This document shows positions 38,750 through 51,560 of a DNA stretch of 64,000 nucleotides, piece by piece (positions within the stretch are counted from its first letter, which is position 1; each line of letters starts with the position of its first letter). The stretch comes from Chiloscyllium plagiosum (lineage: Eukaryota). Below the pieces are notes generated by a model. That model worked only from the letters and a program-made list of their open reading frames with translations. It made no database searches and was not told the origin of the DNA. The stretch is from NCBI RefSeq assembly GCF_004010195.1, contig NC_057718.1, positions 7,011,579-7,075,578 on the forward strand. The letters are read 5' to 3'. Position numbers and translations under genes: made by a program.

Positions 38750-39052
38750 TTACATTACAGTGTGGAAACAGGCCCTTCAGCCCAACAAGTCCACACCGAC
38801 CCGCCGAAGCGCAACCTACCCATACCCCTATATTTACCCCTTACCTAACACTACGGGCAATTTAACATGGCCAATTCACCTGACCTGCACATCTTTGGAC
38901 TGTGGGAGGAAATCGGAGCACCCGGAGGAAACCCACGCAGACACGGGGAGAATGTGCAAACTCCACACAGTCAGTCGCCTGAGGCGGGAATTGAACCCGG
39001 GTCTCTGGCGCTGTGAGGCAGCAGTGCTAACCACTGTGCCACCGTGCCACCC
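38750..39052 (-). mobile_element. HE1-type V-SINE, well preserved
   Basis: tRNA-derived head (A box TGGCACAGTGG, B box GGTTCAATTCC), V-domain, tail matching the CR1/HER1 3' end. Confidence 0.9.
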
Positions 39053-40936
39053 ACGATGAGGGGCTCTTGCCCGAAAAATCAACTCTCCTGCTCCTCAGAT
39101 GCTGCCTGACTGGCTGTGCTTTCCCGGCACCACACCCTCAACTCTGATCTCCAGCATCTGCAGCCCTCACTTTCTACTAGTCATGTGGCTTCTGACACGA
39201 ACCTAGGAACAGTGAAAAGTTTTGTTTTGTGTACAGTACAGGCAGATTATACCAGAGGGTAATAGAACAGAGTGAAGAATACAAGGTTACAGCTGCAGGG
39301 AAGGTGCGCAAAGATCGAGATCAACATTAAATTTTAAATTTGAGAGGCCCACGCAAGAGTATGATAACAGCAGGAAAGAAGCTGTTCTTGAATGTGTTGG
39401 TCCTTGTAGTCAAACTTTTATGTCTTCTGCCCAATGGAAGAGGGTGGAAAGGAGTTTAACTGGGTTGGGAGGGGTCTTTGATGATGTTGGTTGCTTTCGC
39501 AAGGCAGCGGGAGGTACAGATGGAGTCAATGGATGGAAGGCTGGTTTGCGTGATGGACTGGGTTATGTTCATAGTACTCTGTCAGTTTCTTGTGGCCTTA
39601 AACACTTTTCTTCAAAAAAAACAAACAAAAAAATCCACTAGAATTAAATTTTCTTGGTGGAGCTGGGAAAGAGAATGTAGAAGGCTGAGATAGACAGATT
39701 TTAATCAGGAAGGGAATCAAGGGACATAGGGGAAAAGGCAGGAAAGTGAACGTGAGGATCAGCCAGGATCTTATTGAATGGTCCGATGGACCAAATGGCC
39801 TATTTCTGCTCCTACATCATACACTCGTATGATCTTTTAGCAATGGAGGGAATAGGGTAAGGAGGGAAATCTGCAACAATAGGTGGTCTGGGTCTGGGGT
39901 GCTGAAGGAGAGGAGATGAAGGCTGTGCTCCAAAGCACTCTACCTGACAATGCGTATCCAATGATAAATAGTCATATGAAAGGACAGAGCCCACGTTTTG
40001 CTCAGAAGAGAAACCTGAAGGCCAAACTTTTGACCTTGGGATCTCACAGAATCCCTCATGTGCAGATAGAGGCCATTCGGTCCACTGAAGTCTGCATTGA
40101 CCTTCCAAAGAGCATCCCACCCTATCGCTATAGCCCTACATTTACCATAGTTAACCCACCTAACCTGCATACTATGAGCAACTTAGCATGGCCAATCTTG
40201 CATGTTTGGACTGTGAGAGGAGACCAGACCATCCAGAGGAAACCCACGCTGACGTGGGGAGAGTGTGCAGACTCCACACAGACAGTCACCCGAGGGTGGG
40301 ATCGAACCTGGGTCCCTGGCGCTGTGAGGCAGCAGTACTCACCACTGTGTGCCTGCACCCACCGTACAGGACAAATACAGGAATATCAAATGCTTTATAA
40401 TCACAACAATGTATATTACAGGAGAATAGATGCTTTTTTTTTGGCAAGTTGATTCTGATAGGCTGAGGCGATGCCGTGGAGAAAGCAATGGGGAGCTGCT
40501 GGTTCTCCAAGCTGCTGGGAAACTCATTAAAAAACAGCAAGACTTCAACATCCTCTATCTGCTTATAGAGAAAGGGTCGTGAAGAACCTATTGTTTCTCA
40601 CGAGCAGAATGAGCCACACCGTGAGCTCAACTGATTATCTTAAATTGGTTGGTATTGACACACTCAGACTTGTTCAGTAAGCGCTGTCCAATTCGCATCT
40701 AATTGAAGAGATTTTGTTTTACACGGACTCTCTGTGTACTGTCTACACACTGATTCTGGTTCCTTTATCAGGCTGTAAACATATATATATATATATAGTC
40801 CTGAGGCACCAGACACTCTCACTGCATGCGACAATGTAAACAATGGATATTCCACAGTATACGTGAGGTCAGCTTTTAAACATGCCTCCCTGTTTATGGA
40901 ATAATAATTTATTGAGGAAAACGTACAAAGACATAC

Positions 40937-41165
40937 CATGGAACTCTGATCTTCCAGAAGGGCTGCCAGTATGTAGGCAGTCAGAGATACGGATCCGCTC
41001 TGTCCACCCTGTAACTCTGTGTGGATAACTCGTCCAGGCTCCTGGAATTCACCATCCTTATTCAGGTGTGTGAGTATCCAGGAAATGGTCTCTTCCAGAA
41101 CCATCTTGTCAATGTAAATGAAATCCTGGGCCTGCAGGAAGCACTTTACCACGAAAGCTGACAAC
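40937..41165 (-). CDS. CD109: CD109 exon, 229 nt: LSAFVVKCF...EPGRVIHTELQGG...LTAYILAALLEDQSSM
   Basis: Thioester-domain motifs; catalytic His codon at 41021-41023; donor gtatgt; acceptor is GAG after a pyrimidine tract; phase 2 to 0. Confidence 0.95.
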
Positions 41166-41514
41166 CTCCATGAAGAGAAAGAGAAAATATTAAATCCATA
41201 ATTCTGACCATATCATATGAACGTGCTGCAGAGTTCTACACGGACATACCCAGAGCTGCAAGAATTATACGACAAAACAAGATAAAACAGCGGGCAAATT
41301 CTAAAGACCTGGGAATGTATGTGCACTGATCATTGTAGGTGGCAGACAAGAGCAGAAATTGCCGGAAAAGCTCAGCAGGTTCAGTAGACAGTCACAAGGG
41401 GAGGCAGTGGCGGAGTGGAAATAACGTGCAAGTAAAATCTCCAACGTCAAACTAATCACTGATGTCGTCAGGTTTGAATCTCACCACGGCACATCATCAA
41501 ATTTGAATTTTGCG

Positions 41515-42752
41515 TAGATTATTTTCTAAATGGGGAAAGGCTTCAGAAATCTGAAGCATAAAGGGACTTAAGAGTCCTGATTCAGGATTCTCTTAAGGTT
41601 AACAGGCAGGTTCTGTGGCAGTTAGGAAATGCAAATGCAATGATAGTGTTCATTTCAAGAGGGCTAGAATTCAAGAGCAGGAGGCTGTGGAAGGCTCTGG
41701 TCAGATCCCTATTGGAACATTGTGAGCAGCTTTGGGCCCCGTTTCCAAGGAAGGATGTGTTGGCATTGGAGGCAGTCCAGAGGGGGTTTACAAGGATGAT
41801 CCCAGGGATGGAGGGCTTTTCATATGAGGAGTGGTTGGGGTGCCTGGGTCTGTACTCATTGGAATTTAGAAGGATGAGGATGGGTCTGGCTGAAACTTAC
41901 AGAACACCGAGAGGCCCGGATAGAGTGGACATGGAGAAGATGTTTCCACTAGGAGGAGAGACTAGGACCCAAGGGTACAGCCTCAGAGTGAAGGGATGAC
42001 CATTTAGAACTGAGATGAGGAGGAATTTCTTCAGCCAGAGGGTGGTGACTCTGTGGAACTCACTGCTACAGAGGACTGTGGAGGCCAAGTCATTAAATGT
42101 CTTTAAGACAGTGATAGATAGGTTCTTGATGGGTAAGGGGATCAAGGGGAGAAGGCAGGAGAATGTGGTTGAGGAAGATGTTTCCACTAGTAGGAGAGAC
42201 TAGACCCAAGGGCACAGCCTTAGAGAGAAGGGAGGACCCCATAAAACTGAGATGAAGAGGAATTTCTTTAGCCAGAGAGTGGGGAATCTGTGGAGCAGTT
42301 TACCACAGAAGGCTTTGGAGGCTAAGACATTAAGTGTATTTAACACAGAGATAGCTAGGGTCCTATTTAAAACCGAAAGGACTGCGGATGCTGTATAAAT
42401 CACAAACAAAAACAGAAGTTGCTGGAAAAGCTCAGCAGGTCTGGCAGCATCTGTGAAGAGAAATCAGAGTGAACATTTCATGTCGTTGATCCTCCCTCAG
42501 AACCCTCTGTTCCTCAGTCCTGAGGCAGGGTCAGCAGACATTAACCCTGATTTCCCTTCACAGATGCTGCCAGACATGCTGAGCTTTTCTAGCAACTTCT
42601 ATGGATAGGTTCTTGATTGGTAAGGAGATCCAAAGGTTACAGAGAGAAGGCAGGATGTAGGGGTTGAGAAAAATATCAGCCATGACTGAATCCAGAGGAG
42701 ATTCAATGGGCCAAATGGCCCTATTCTGCTCCAATCCCTTATGGTCTTATGG
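41515..42752 (+). mobile_element. CR1 3' fragment with internal duplication and nested palindromic element
   Basis: LVRSLLEHCEQLW and RRNFFSQRVV peptides; 41936 onward is repeated from 42175. Confidence 0.85.
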
Positions 42753-43728
42753 TCAGTCAACTGCTGTCCAGTTATCTATCGTTATTTGTTTGAGGGATGT
42801 GTGTATCACTAGCAGGGCCGGTACTGATTGCCGATCCCTCATTGCTTTTAAATTGAGTGGTTTGCTGAGCTATTCACATGTCCTTGGATTTGGCATGACA
42901 TGTAGGCCAGACCTTGTAAAACTGGCAGATTTCCTTCCTTGAAGTACATCAGTGAATCAAATGGGTTTTTACAGCAATTAATAATATTCTCATGGTCAGA
43001 TTTGACCAGCTATCTATTCCAGATGTAAGAACTGAATTTAACTGTGGAGATTTAAACCACGGTCCCCACAGCATTAGCCTGGGCGTCTGAATTTCTAATC
43101 TACTGACATAACCATGAGGTCATCTCCCCAAGAAGGTTAGATGCAGTAAAAGAAAATATATTTGACATAAGGCAACGCCCTGTTTTCCCAGATCAGTAAC
43201 ATTATTTCTGAAACTTGACTCCTTTAAGAGCTGGATAGTGTCAATAAACAAACCTCAGCACACTGTGAAATGCTGTTAGCTGTTAGCTGAATGACTGGTT
43301 TAAGTGGACGTCCAATGTTGGAGGTTTGCCAAAGTCACTTACCGCCTTGCAAGACTTACTGACCACAAAAATTAGCAATGTTTATCTTTGAATCACTTTT
43401 ACTTTAACTGTTTTTTAAAATAAGTGAGTAATAGAACTCAGTGATTGTACATCCACTGTATGAGGTACTCTAGCCTTCAAAAACTTCTAATGTGCATATT
43501 AGGTGTTGCTTACACCTTTTTGGAATCTGCAGCCAGCTGATTGACACACTCATCAATACTTAAAGGGGGAAGGGTATGAAAGGAGGAGCAAAGAAAACTA
43601 TTGTATTTGTTTGCAAGTTATGTGTCAGGAGTTCCTTTCTAACTAATCCCTTTTGAGAAGCTGAAGGGTAAGCTGTCTGGTCCTTAGCAGGAGCAAAATA
43701 GGACATTGTAATAAAGTATTGATAGCTG

Positions 43729-43917
43729 GGAGCAAGTGAGGACTGCAGATGCTGGAGATCAGAGTCAAATAGTGTGGTGCTGGAAAAGCACAGCAGGTCA
43801 GGCAGCATCCGAGGAGCAGGAGAGTCAGTGTTTCAAGCATTAGCTCTTCATCACAAATGTGATTCCTGATGAAGAGCTTATGCTCCAAAATGTTGATTCT
43901 CCTGCTCCTCAGATGCT
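43729..43917. mobile_element. Older palindromic Penelope-derived copy; relatives near 2165-2265, 23757-23855, 34525-34745, 38505-38740 with 39054-39177, 42377-42600, 48047-48262, 62863-63052
   Basis: Shared gatgctgcc(t/a)gacctgctg...ttttccagca arms and decayed CTGANGA-stem-GAAA cores. Confidence 0.75.
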
Positions 43918-44354
43918 ATAATAGAATAGAATCCCTACACTGTGGAAACAGGCTCTTCCGCCCAACAAGTCCACACCGACCCTCTGAAGAGTAACCCACC
44001 CAGACACATTCCCCTACCTTATTGTCCTATATTTACCTCTGACTAATGCACCTAACCTACACATCCCTGAACACTTTGGACAATTTAGCATGGCCAATTC
44101 ACCTGACCTGCACATCTTTTGGATTGTGGGAGGAAACCAGAGCACCCAGAGGAAACCCACGCAGCCACGGGGCAAATGTGCAAACTCCACATAGACAGAC
44201 GCCTGAGGGTGGAATTGAACCCAGGTCCCAGCCACTGTGAGGCAGCAGTGTTAACCACTGAGCCACTGTGCCACCCCAGGATACTACCTGACTGGCTGTG
44301 CTTTGCCAGCATCACACTGTTTGACTCTAAAGTACCGATAGCAGCAACATCCAA

Positions 44355-44755
44355 CAGAGAGGGAGAGGGAAAAGGGGGAAGAGTAAAACAGCAAGAGGGA
44401 GAAAGTGAGACAGCAGGAAGAAAGAGTGAGAGAGTGGGGCAATGCAAGAGAGGCAATAAGACAGGATGAAAGAGATTGAGATGGTAGGAGAGACAAATTG
44501 AGATGGTGGGAGACACAGAATGAGACAGCAAGACAGAAAGGATGAGAAAGTGGGAGAGAGGATTAGGCATTGAGAGAGAGAATGAGAAAGCAGGAGAGAG
44601 AGGGAATGGAGAGAACAAAACAGCAAGAGAGAAAACATGAGAAGAATGAAAGAGTGAGGAAGGTAGAAAGCATGAGTGAACAAAGGTACAAGAGACAGTG
44701 AGGGAGAGTCAGAAAGTGAGAATGAGACAACACGAGAGGGAGAGAGAGAAGAACA
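44355..44755. repeat. Purine-rich (GA) low-complexity tract
   Basis: ~400 bp dominated by A and G. Confidence 0.85.
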
Positions 44756-44970
44756 TTATTCATATTCACTTATGTGAGTTGGTCATTCCTTCCTAACATT
44801 TGATAGTAATCCCCTTGGCATTATTCAGTAATTAAACTGAAGAAAACTAGTTATAAATCTTGCAACAGATTTTTTTGGGTTGTTTCCACAGTCAAGTGAA
44901 TGAGAGCTTTGTAACCAGAGGTAGAAACGGAAGGGGCCTTCAGTTACTTTGCGCCAAAAAAATTTCTTAC

Positions 44971-45052
44971 CAAGTACTTCCAGAAGAATCAGAATTTCCA
45001 AAAGCACTGAAGGAACCATCCGATCTTTGGTATGTCAACTCCCTTTGGTAAC
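44971..45052 (-). CDS. CD109: CD109 exon, 82 nt: [26 protein letters not shown](W)
   Basis: Thioester-domain motif DGSFSAFG; acceptor ttattcag, donor gtaaga; phase 1 to 2. Confidence 0.95.
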
Positions 45053-45599
45053 CTGAATAACAACATTACAGATTGAGAACTGGATTGATGCTTTGGGGGA
45101 AATTGAATCCAAATGTTGAAGTGCCGGTGGGGTTGGGGGAAGGTGGGGTGGGGGGGGAGTCGAATAGACTTGTGTTAGAGCGATGTTTCCCTAAGCTGGT
45201 CCTGGAGATGAGAGAGATGACCAATGGTGAGAGACAGAGCAAATTGAATCTATAATGTTTGGACTTTGGAAGAACAATCTCACTGAGCTATTTCGGGCTG
45301 GGAAGTGTTTGGACAGGTGAGAGATAATGTGACAGAGAGAGAGAGAAAATGAGATAATATGAAAACTTCTTCTGCTAACTGGGGAGTCTGAACAACAGGG
45401 GCACAGGTTCAGATAAAGAGTTCATCATTCAGGGCTGAAATGAGGGGAACTTTCTTTACTTAAAGCGTTGTGAATCTTGAGAGGGCTCTGTACCAATTCA
45501 TTGCAGTTGCTGCATCTTTTGTATCGATTGAAGGTTGGGGTAGACAGAGTTTTGATCCAGCGAGATGGGGAGTTGGTGGAAAGTGTATTTCAAGCCCAA

Positions 45600-47398
45600 G
45601 CTCAGCTATGATTGTATTAATGTCCCAGACCCCACCATCACCATCCTGGATATATCCTATCCCACCGACAGGACAGACTCAGCAGAGGTGGTGGCACAGT
45701 GGGATACTGTCAGGGGGGAGGTGTGCTGGGAGCCCTCAACATTGACTCAGGACCCCATAAAATCTTATGGCTTCAGGTAAACATGGGCAAGGAAACCTCC
45801 TGCTGATTATCACGTACCATCCTCCTTCAGCTAATGTTGAACACTGAGAGGAAGCACAGAGCATGGAAAAGGTACATAATGTACTCTGGGTGGGGATTTC
45901 TATGCCAATTACCAAGAATGGCTTACTAGCAGTACTACTGATGGAGCTGGTCGGGTCCTAAAGGAGATAACTGCTAGACTGGCACTGTGGCAGGTGGTGA
46001 GGGAACCAACAAGAGGGAAAAATATACCAGACCTCATCCTTACCAATCTGCCAGCTGCAGATACAGCTGTCCATGACAGTATCGGTAAAAGTGACCACCG
46101 CACAGTCCTTGTGGAGACAAAGTCCCACCTTCACATTGAGAATAACCTCCATTGCATTGTGTGGCACTATCACCATGTTAATTGGGACAGATTTCACACA
46201 GATCTAGCAGCTCAGGACTGGGCATCCATGAGGTGCTGTGGGCCATCAACAGCAGGAGAACTGTACTTCAGCACAACCTGCAACCTCATGGCCTGGCATA
46301 ACCCCCACTCAACCATTGCCATCAAGCCAGGAGATCAACCCTGGATGTCTCGGATCGAGTCTAAAGGGGGAGCAGCAAGAAATTGTAGTGCATATCAGTA
46401 CCAATGACACAGGGAGGGAAAGGGAGGAGGACCTGAAAATTGAATATAGGGAGTTAGGTTGGGAGCTAAAAAGAAGGACAAGCAGAGTAGTAATCTCAGA
46501 ATTACTACTGGTGCCACGGGCTAGTGAGGCTAGGAACAGAGAGCAAGTGCAGATGAACACGTGGCTGCACAGCTGGTGTAGGAGAGAGGGCTTCAGATAT
46601 GTGGATCATTGGGATACTTTCTGGGGAAGGTGTGACCTGTACAAGGAGGATGGTTGTACCTGAACTAGAAGGGCACCAATATCCTGGGTGGGAGGTTTAC
46701 TAGAGCTCTTCAGGAGCGTTTACACTAGGTTAGCAGGGGGATGGGCCAGAGTTTTGGATCAGACGATGGGGTAGTTGGTGAACAGGCAGGTACAACGTGC
46801 AGGAGGGCATGTCATGAGCAGCACCAGGTGTACCTGAAGATGAGGTGTCAATCTGGTGAAACTACCAAACAGGATTACTTGGATGCCAAACAACATAAGC
46901 AGCAAACGATAGATAGAGCTAAGGGATCCCACAACCAACGGATCAGATCTATGCGCTGCAGTAAAGAAATTTGACACCATCCAAGATAAAGCGGCCAAAA
47001 ACATGCACGCTCTCCACCACTGACACTCAGCAGCTGCATTGTGTACCATGTACAAAATCCTCTGCAGACATTCACCAATAGCCCTTAGACAGCTCCTTCC
47101 AAACCCACAGCCACTTCCATCTAGAAGGACAAGGGCAGCAAATACATGGCAATGCCACCTCTTTGCAAGTTCCCCTCCACTCACCATCCTGAGTTGGAAA
47201 TATATCGCTATTCCTTCAGTGTTGCTGGGTCAAAATCCTGGATCACTTTCGCTAACAGCACTGTGGGTAATACCCACAGCACATGGACTGCAGTGGTTCA
47301 AGAAGGCAGCTCACCACCACCTTCTCAAGTGCAACTAGGGACAGGCAATAAATGCTGGGCCCAGCCAGCGACACCTAAGCCCCATAAGGGAATAAAAA
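45600..47398 (+). mobile_element. Internally deleted CR1-group LINE (APE fragment plus 3' end) carrying a CR1 ORF1 esterase fragment
   Basis: VREPTRGKNIPDLILTN...SDH (APE). Same 3' end family as 23340-24100, ~35720-35925 and 62085-62262. Confidence 0.75.
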
Positions 47399-48280
47399 GA
47401 AATCGTACATCTGGCTTTCTAATTCAGGCTGGTCTAAAGCTGTTCCTGTTCCTTGTGCCCCCTTATGTTAGTGCTGTCATTTCTGGAAATAGATATAGAC
47501 AGAACAGGCATAACAAAGTGTTGGAGGAATTTGCAACGTCTGACTAACTTTCCTTTGTCACATATTGTCACAATAATAGAGGTCGGGCAGGCACCAAAAT
47601 AAGAAACCTGCCCACCATTTGTAAATGAATAATTAAGAAATATTGAGCTCATTAACAGTTCCATCCACCCTGCCCTCACCAAACCCCAGCTGGCCAGGGG
47701 CAGTTGCATGGGAATGGACATATTACCTTTGTAAGGAAGTTTTCAAACTGAGGAAAGAAAGGGGTATGACTGTCTTCTGGGTGTGCACTTTGTAATAACA
47801 CTACTCCCCAACAGATGGTGATACCCCACCCTTCATACCAACTTGCTGGCTCTGAAAAACCTGCTCCCCAAAAACCCATCCCCACCCACCCCACGCCCCT
47901 GAGCCTTCAAAACCCTCCCTGAACCCATATTTCAGATTTTCCTGAATCTGTGATCTACCCTGTCTTCCTTTTGGGACTGCCATGTGTCTGAACTCTTCCA
48001 TTCACCCCTTCTCCCCTCCCCTCTCCCTGTGATTGTACAAAACCCAGAGAAAGTGCGTACTGCAGACGCTGGAGATCAGAGTTGAAAAGTGTGGCACTGG
48101 AAAAGCACAGCTGGTCAGGCAGCATCCGAGGAGCAGGAGAATTGATGTTTGGAGTATAAGCTCTTCATCAGAAATGAGGAATGGCTTAGGGTCGAAACGT
48201 CCATTCTTCTCCTCCACGGATGCTGCCTGACCAGCTGTGCTATTGCAGCGCCACACTTTTTGACAAAGTACAAAACCCAC

Positions 48281-48457
48281 CTTGCATCAAAAATAACAAA
48301 GCTTTCTCCTTAATCTCCTTATTAACTTGGTTTATGGCTGTTAGGTATTGTAAAATGTAGACATTTGGAGCAAATCTGATCATGTTTTGTTCACCACATC
48401 CATAAGGCATCTGAAGAAGATCCTCGATTCCATTGATGGAAGGTCCAAGGATATCAC
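48281..48457 (-). CDS. CD109: CD109 thioester exon, 177 nt: DILGPSINGIEDLLQMPYGCGEQNMIRFAPN...KALLFLMQ
   Basis: GCGEQ at 48387-48401; acceptor tctctttcag, donor gtgggt; phase 1 to 1. Confidence 0.97.
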
Positions 48458-49464
48458 CTGAAAGAGAGAACCAATTGTCACAATCCATTTCATTTACACT
48501 TGAACTGCAATTGCCACAAACCGACCCAGTTCCCAAAGAGATTAATATTCTGCCATAATCTGGGTTTGTGTATGTTTTGTAAAAAACTTCTTAAAATCTA
48601 AAAACAAACCAGTTAACAAAGGGTGCCCTGCAGGGAGCCTGGATAATGAATCAGATGTTTGTTAGAGCAACTGTTTCCTCATTGACTATGTACAATTTTG
48701 ACCTGTTACTTCCTAGACAAGAGGTATGATGTGTTAGTCAAGATGTCAGATAGTCTTCTCTGCAGACTACAGAAGTTCCCCAGGTGGGCAGTGAGGGTTA
48801 AGGGACAGCTCGTGTCCACTCCGGAGTTATTTATGGACTTATTTAGTGTGATGGGAGGTCTCTTCCACTGACTGACCTGAGTGGCCATCTGCATGGTGCC
48901 AATCCTGATAGGGAGTGTGATGAATACCATTCCCAGCTGGTATTGCTCAAGTACAAGTGGAAAGGTCAGGGGACCCTGGTATCAGGGAATGCAGATATCA
49001 GGGAACCAGGTATGTAGGAGTCTTTACAACAACTGGCTTATATACAGAATAGCTCAGGCATTAGCTGACTTAAATAAATTGATGCCTGTCTCTCAGGAAA
49101 ACACCCCCTTCATGTGGTCCAGCCTAAAAAGATAAACAGAAGGAAATGAATTATGAAAAAGCCTCAACAAAAAGCAAAACCCTCACCACCATCCAGGTCA
49201 ATGCGATTGGTATCTCATCCACCACCTTCAACATTCACTTCCTCCATGATCCCTGCTATGGGCCACGAGCCAGATGGGAGTAGAATAGTTTGATGCAGAC
49301 TCAATGGGCTGAAGGGCCTTTTCCTGTACTGTAGACCTCTCTGACTTTTTGATTCCCCAACAGTGACAGCAGAATACAGATATTATTTATTCAACTTGTT
49401 CAGGTATGCTATGACACAAGTCTGTGACAGGTGGGATTTCTACCAGGTACATTGCAACATCCCA

Positions 49465-49990
49465 AATGTGGTCAGACCACATTTGGAGATCTGTGTTCAG
49501 TTCTGGACATCTTATTTCTGGAGAGAATGCAAAGGAGATTTACTAGGTTGATGCCAGGAATGAGGGATTTTAGATACAAGGAAAGATTAGAGAGCTTGGG
49601 CTTGTCCTCCTTGGAACAGAGAAGATTAAGAGGTGACCTTATTGAGGTGTTCAAAATGATGAACAATTTTGACAGGGTAAAGAAGGATATTGTGTTCCAT
49701 GAGTTGGTATGTCAGTAACTGGGGCGGGGGGGGTCACAATTTCAAGAATGTCAGAAGACAGCAAGGAGTGAGATGAGGAAAAATTTCTTTATTCAGAGAG
49801 TTGTTGGGATTTCGAATGTGCTGCCTGGGAGGGTGGGGGAGGCGGATTGCATAGGAGATTTCAAAAGAGAGCTGGATAAATATTTGTGGGCCCAGAAATA
49901 GGGCTGGAGAGTGGGACCAGCTGGGTAGCTCTTTCAGGAGCTGGTACAGCAAGGATGGGTCAAATGGCCTCCTCCTGTACTGTAAAATAC
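49465..49990 (+). mobile_element. CR1 3' fragment
   Basis: LERMQRRFTRL...RRLRGDLIEVFK. Confidence 0.85.
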
Positions 49991-50127
49991 AGTAAAATTC
50001 TTTCACTCACCAAGGCACTTTTTTTAGATTAGATTCACTACAATGCAGAAACAGGGCCTTTAGCCCAACAAGTCCACACTGACCCTCTGAAGAGTAACCC
50101 ACCCAGTCCCATTTCCCTCTGACTAAT

Positions 50128-50341
50128 GCTGAAAATGTGTTGCTGGAACAGCGCAGCAGGTCAGGCAGCATCCAGGGAACAGGAGAATCAACGTTTCAGG
50201 CATAAGCCCTTCTTCAGGAATGAGGAAGGGCTTATGCCCGAAACGCGATTCTCCTGTTCCCTGGATGCTGCCTGACCTGCTGCGCTGTTCCAGCAACACA
50301 TTTTCAGCTCTGATCTCCAGCATCTGCAGACCTCACTTTCT
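50128..50341. mobile_element. Short palindromic Penelope-derived element (third family) inserted in an HE1 SINE
   Basis: Near-perfect palindrome 50128-50308; TSD CCTCTGACTAATGC at 50116-50129 and 50342-50355; minus-strand core CTGAAGA-A-GGGC/TTAT/GCCT-GAAACGTT at 50190-50217. Confidence 0.85.
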
Positions 50342-51025
50342 CCTCTGACTAATGCACCTAACACTACAGGCAATTTAGCGTGGCCAATTCACCTAACCTG
50401 TACATCTTTGGACTATGGGAGGAAACCCACACAGACACAGGGAGAATGTGCAAACTCCACACAGACAGTCACCCGAGGCCGGAATCGAACCTGTGACCCT
50501 TGTGCTGTGAGGCAGCAGTGCTAACCACTGAGCCACCGCGCTGCCCACTTGATGACATCTTTCAGATCTGTGACCTCTACTACCTCAAAAGATGACAGAT
50601 CCAAAGGCACACCACAGCATCCTGAATTGGAATAATATCATTGTTCCTTCGATGTGAGTGTGTGTGAATACTGGAACCCCCTTTCCTCACCTCACTCTGA
50701 GAGGAGCTATACCACACGGGCTGTGGGGGCTCGGCAATGCCGCTGACCATGATCATTACAAGGCCAATTTGCAATGTACAATAAAAGCTGCCCTGGACTG
50801 TGACATCTACATCCTGAAGATGACTTTTCTTTTAATCTAATGAACCCACTTTTGCACAGAGAGATCTCACAGATATGTGAATCAGAACTGTCTTTCAGTG
50901 GACATTGAGTGACAGAGGCAGCATTTGTGGATAGAGAAGCAGGTAATGATTTATCTTTTAGCTAAACTTGACACATACTGACCATTGCTTTCCTAAGAAA
51001 CTAGGATTCCATTTTAGAAACCATT

Positions 51026-51558
51026 GCTGTACAGGACATTGGTTAGAACACCTTTGGAATATTCTGTTCAATTCTGGTCTCCCCGCTTTTGTGAAACTTG
51101 AAAGGGTTCAGAAAAGATTTACAAGCATGTTGCCAGGGTTGGAGGACTTGAGCTATAGGGAGAGGCTGAACAGGCTCGGGTTGTTTTCCCTGAAGCGTCG
51201 GAGGCTGAAGGGTGACCTTATAGAGGTTTACAAAATCATGGGGGGCATGGATAGGGTAAATAGAAAAAGTCTTTTCCCTGGGGTGGGGGAATCCAGAACT
51301 AGACAGCAAAGGTATAAGGCAAGAAGGGAACGATTTAAAAGGGACCTAAGTGGCAACGTTTTCACACAGAGGGTGGTGCGTGTATGGAATGAGCTGCCAG
51401 AGGAAGTGGTGGAGGCTGGTACAATTGCAATATTTAAAAGGCATTTGGATGGGTATATGAATAGGAAGGGTTTGGAGGGATATGGGCCAAGTGCTGGCAG
51501 GTGGGACTAGATTAATTTAGGATATTTGGTCGGCATGGGCGAGTTGGAAATAAGGGTA
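51026..51558 (+). mobile_element. CR1/HER1 3' fragment
   Basis: KLERVQKRFTSMLPG...GYGPSAGRWD. Confidence 0.9.
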
Positions 51559-51560
51559 TT

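Noticed and set aside
44085..44769. Hydrophobic Leu/Ser-rich membrane-protein ORFs
   Set aside because: Antisense reading of the GA-rich low-complexity tract plus SINE sequence.
48281..48457. Assignment to A2M, C3/C4 or CPAMD8
   Set aside because: The GPI-type tail, the late multibasic site and the absence of C345C or Kazal domains fit CD109 better.
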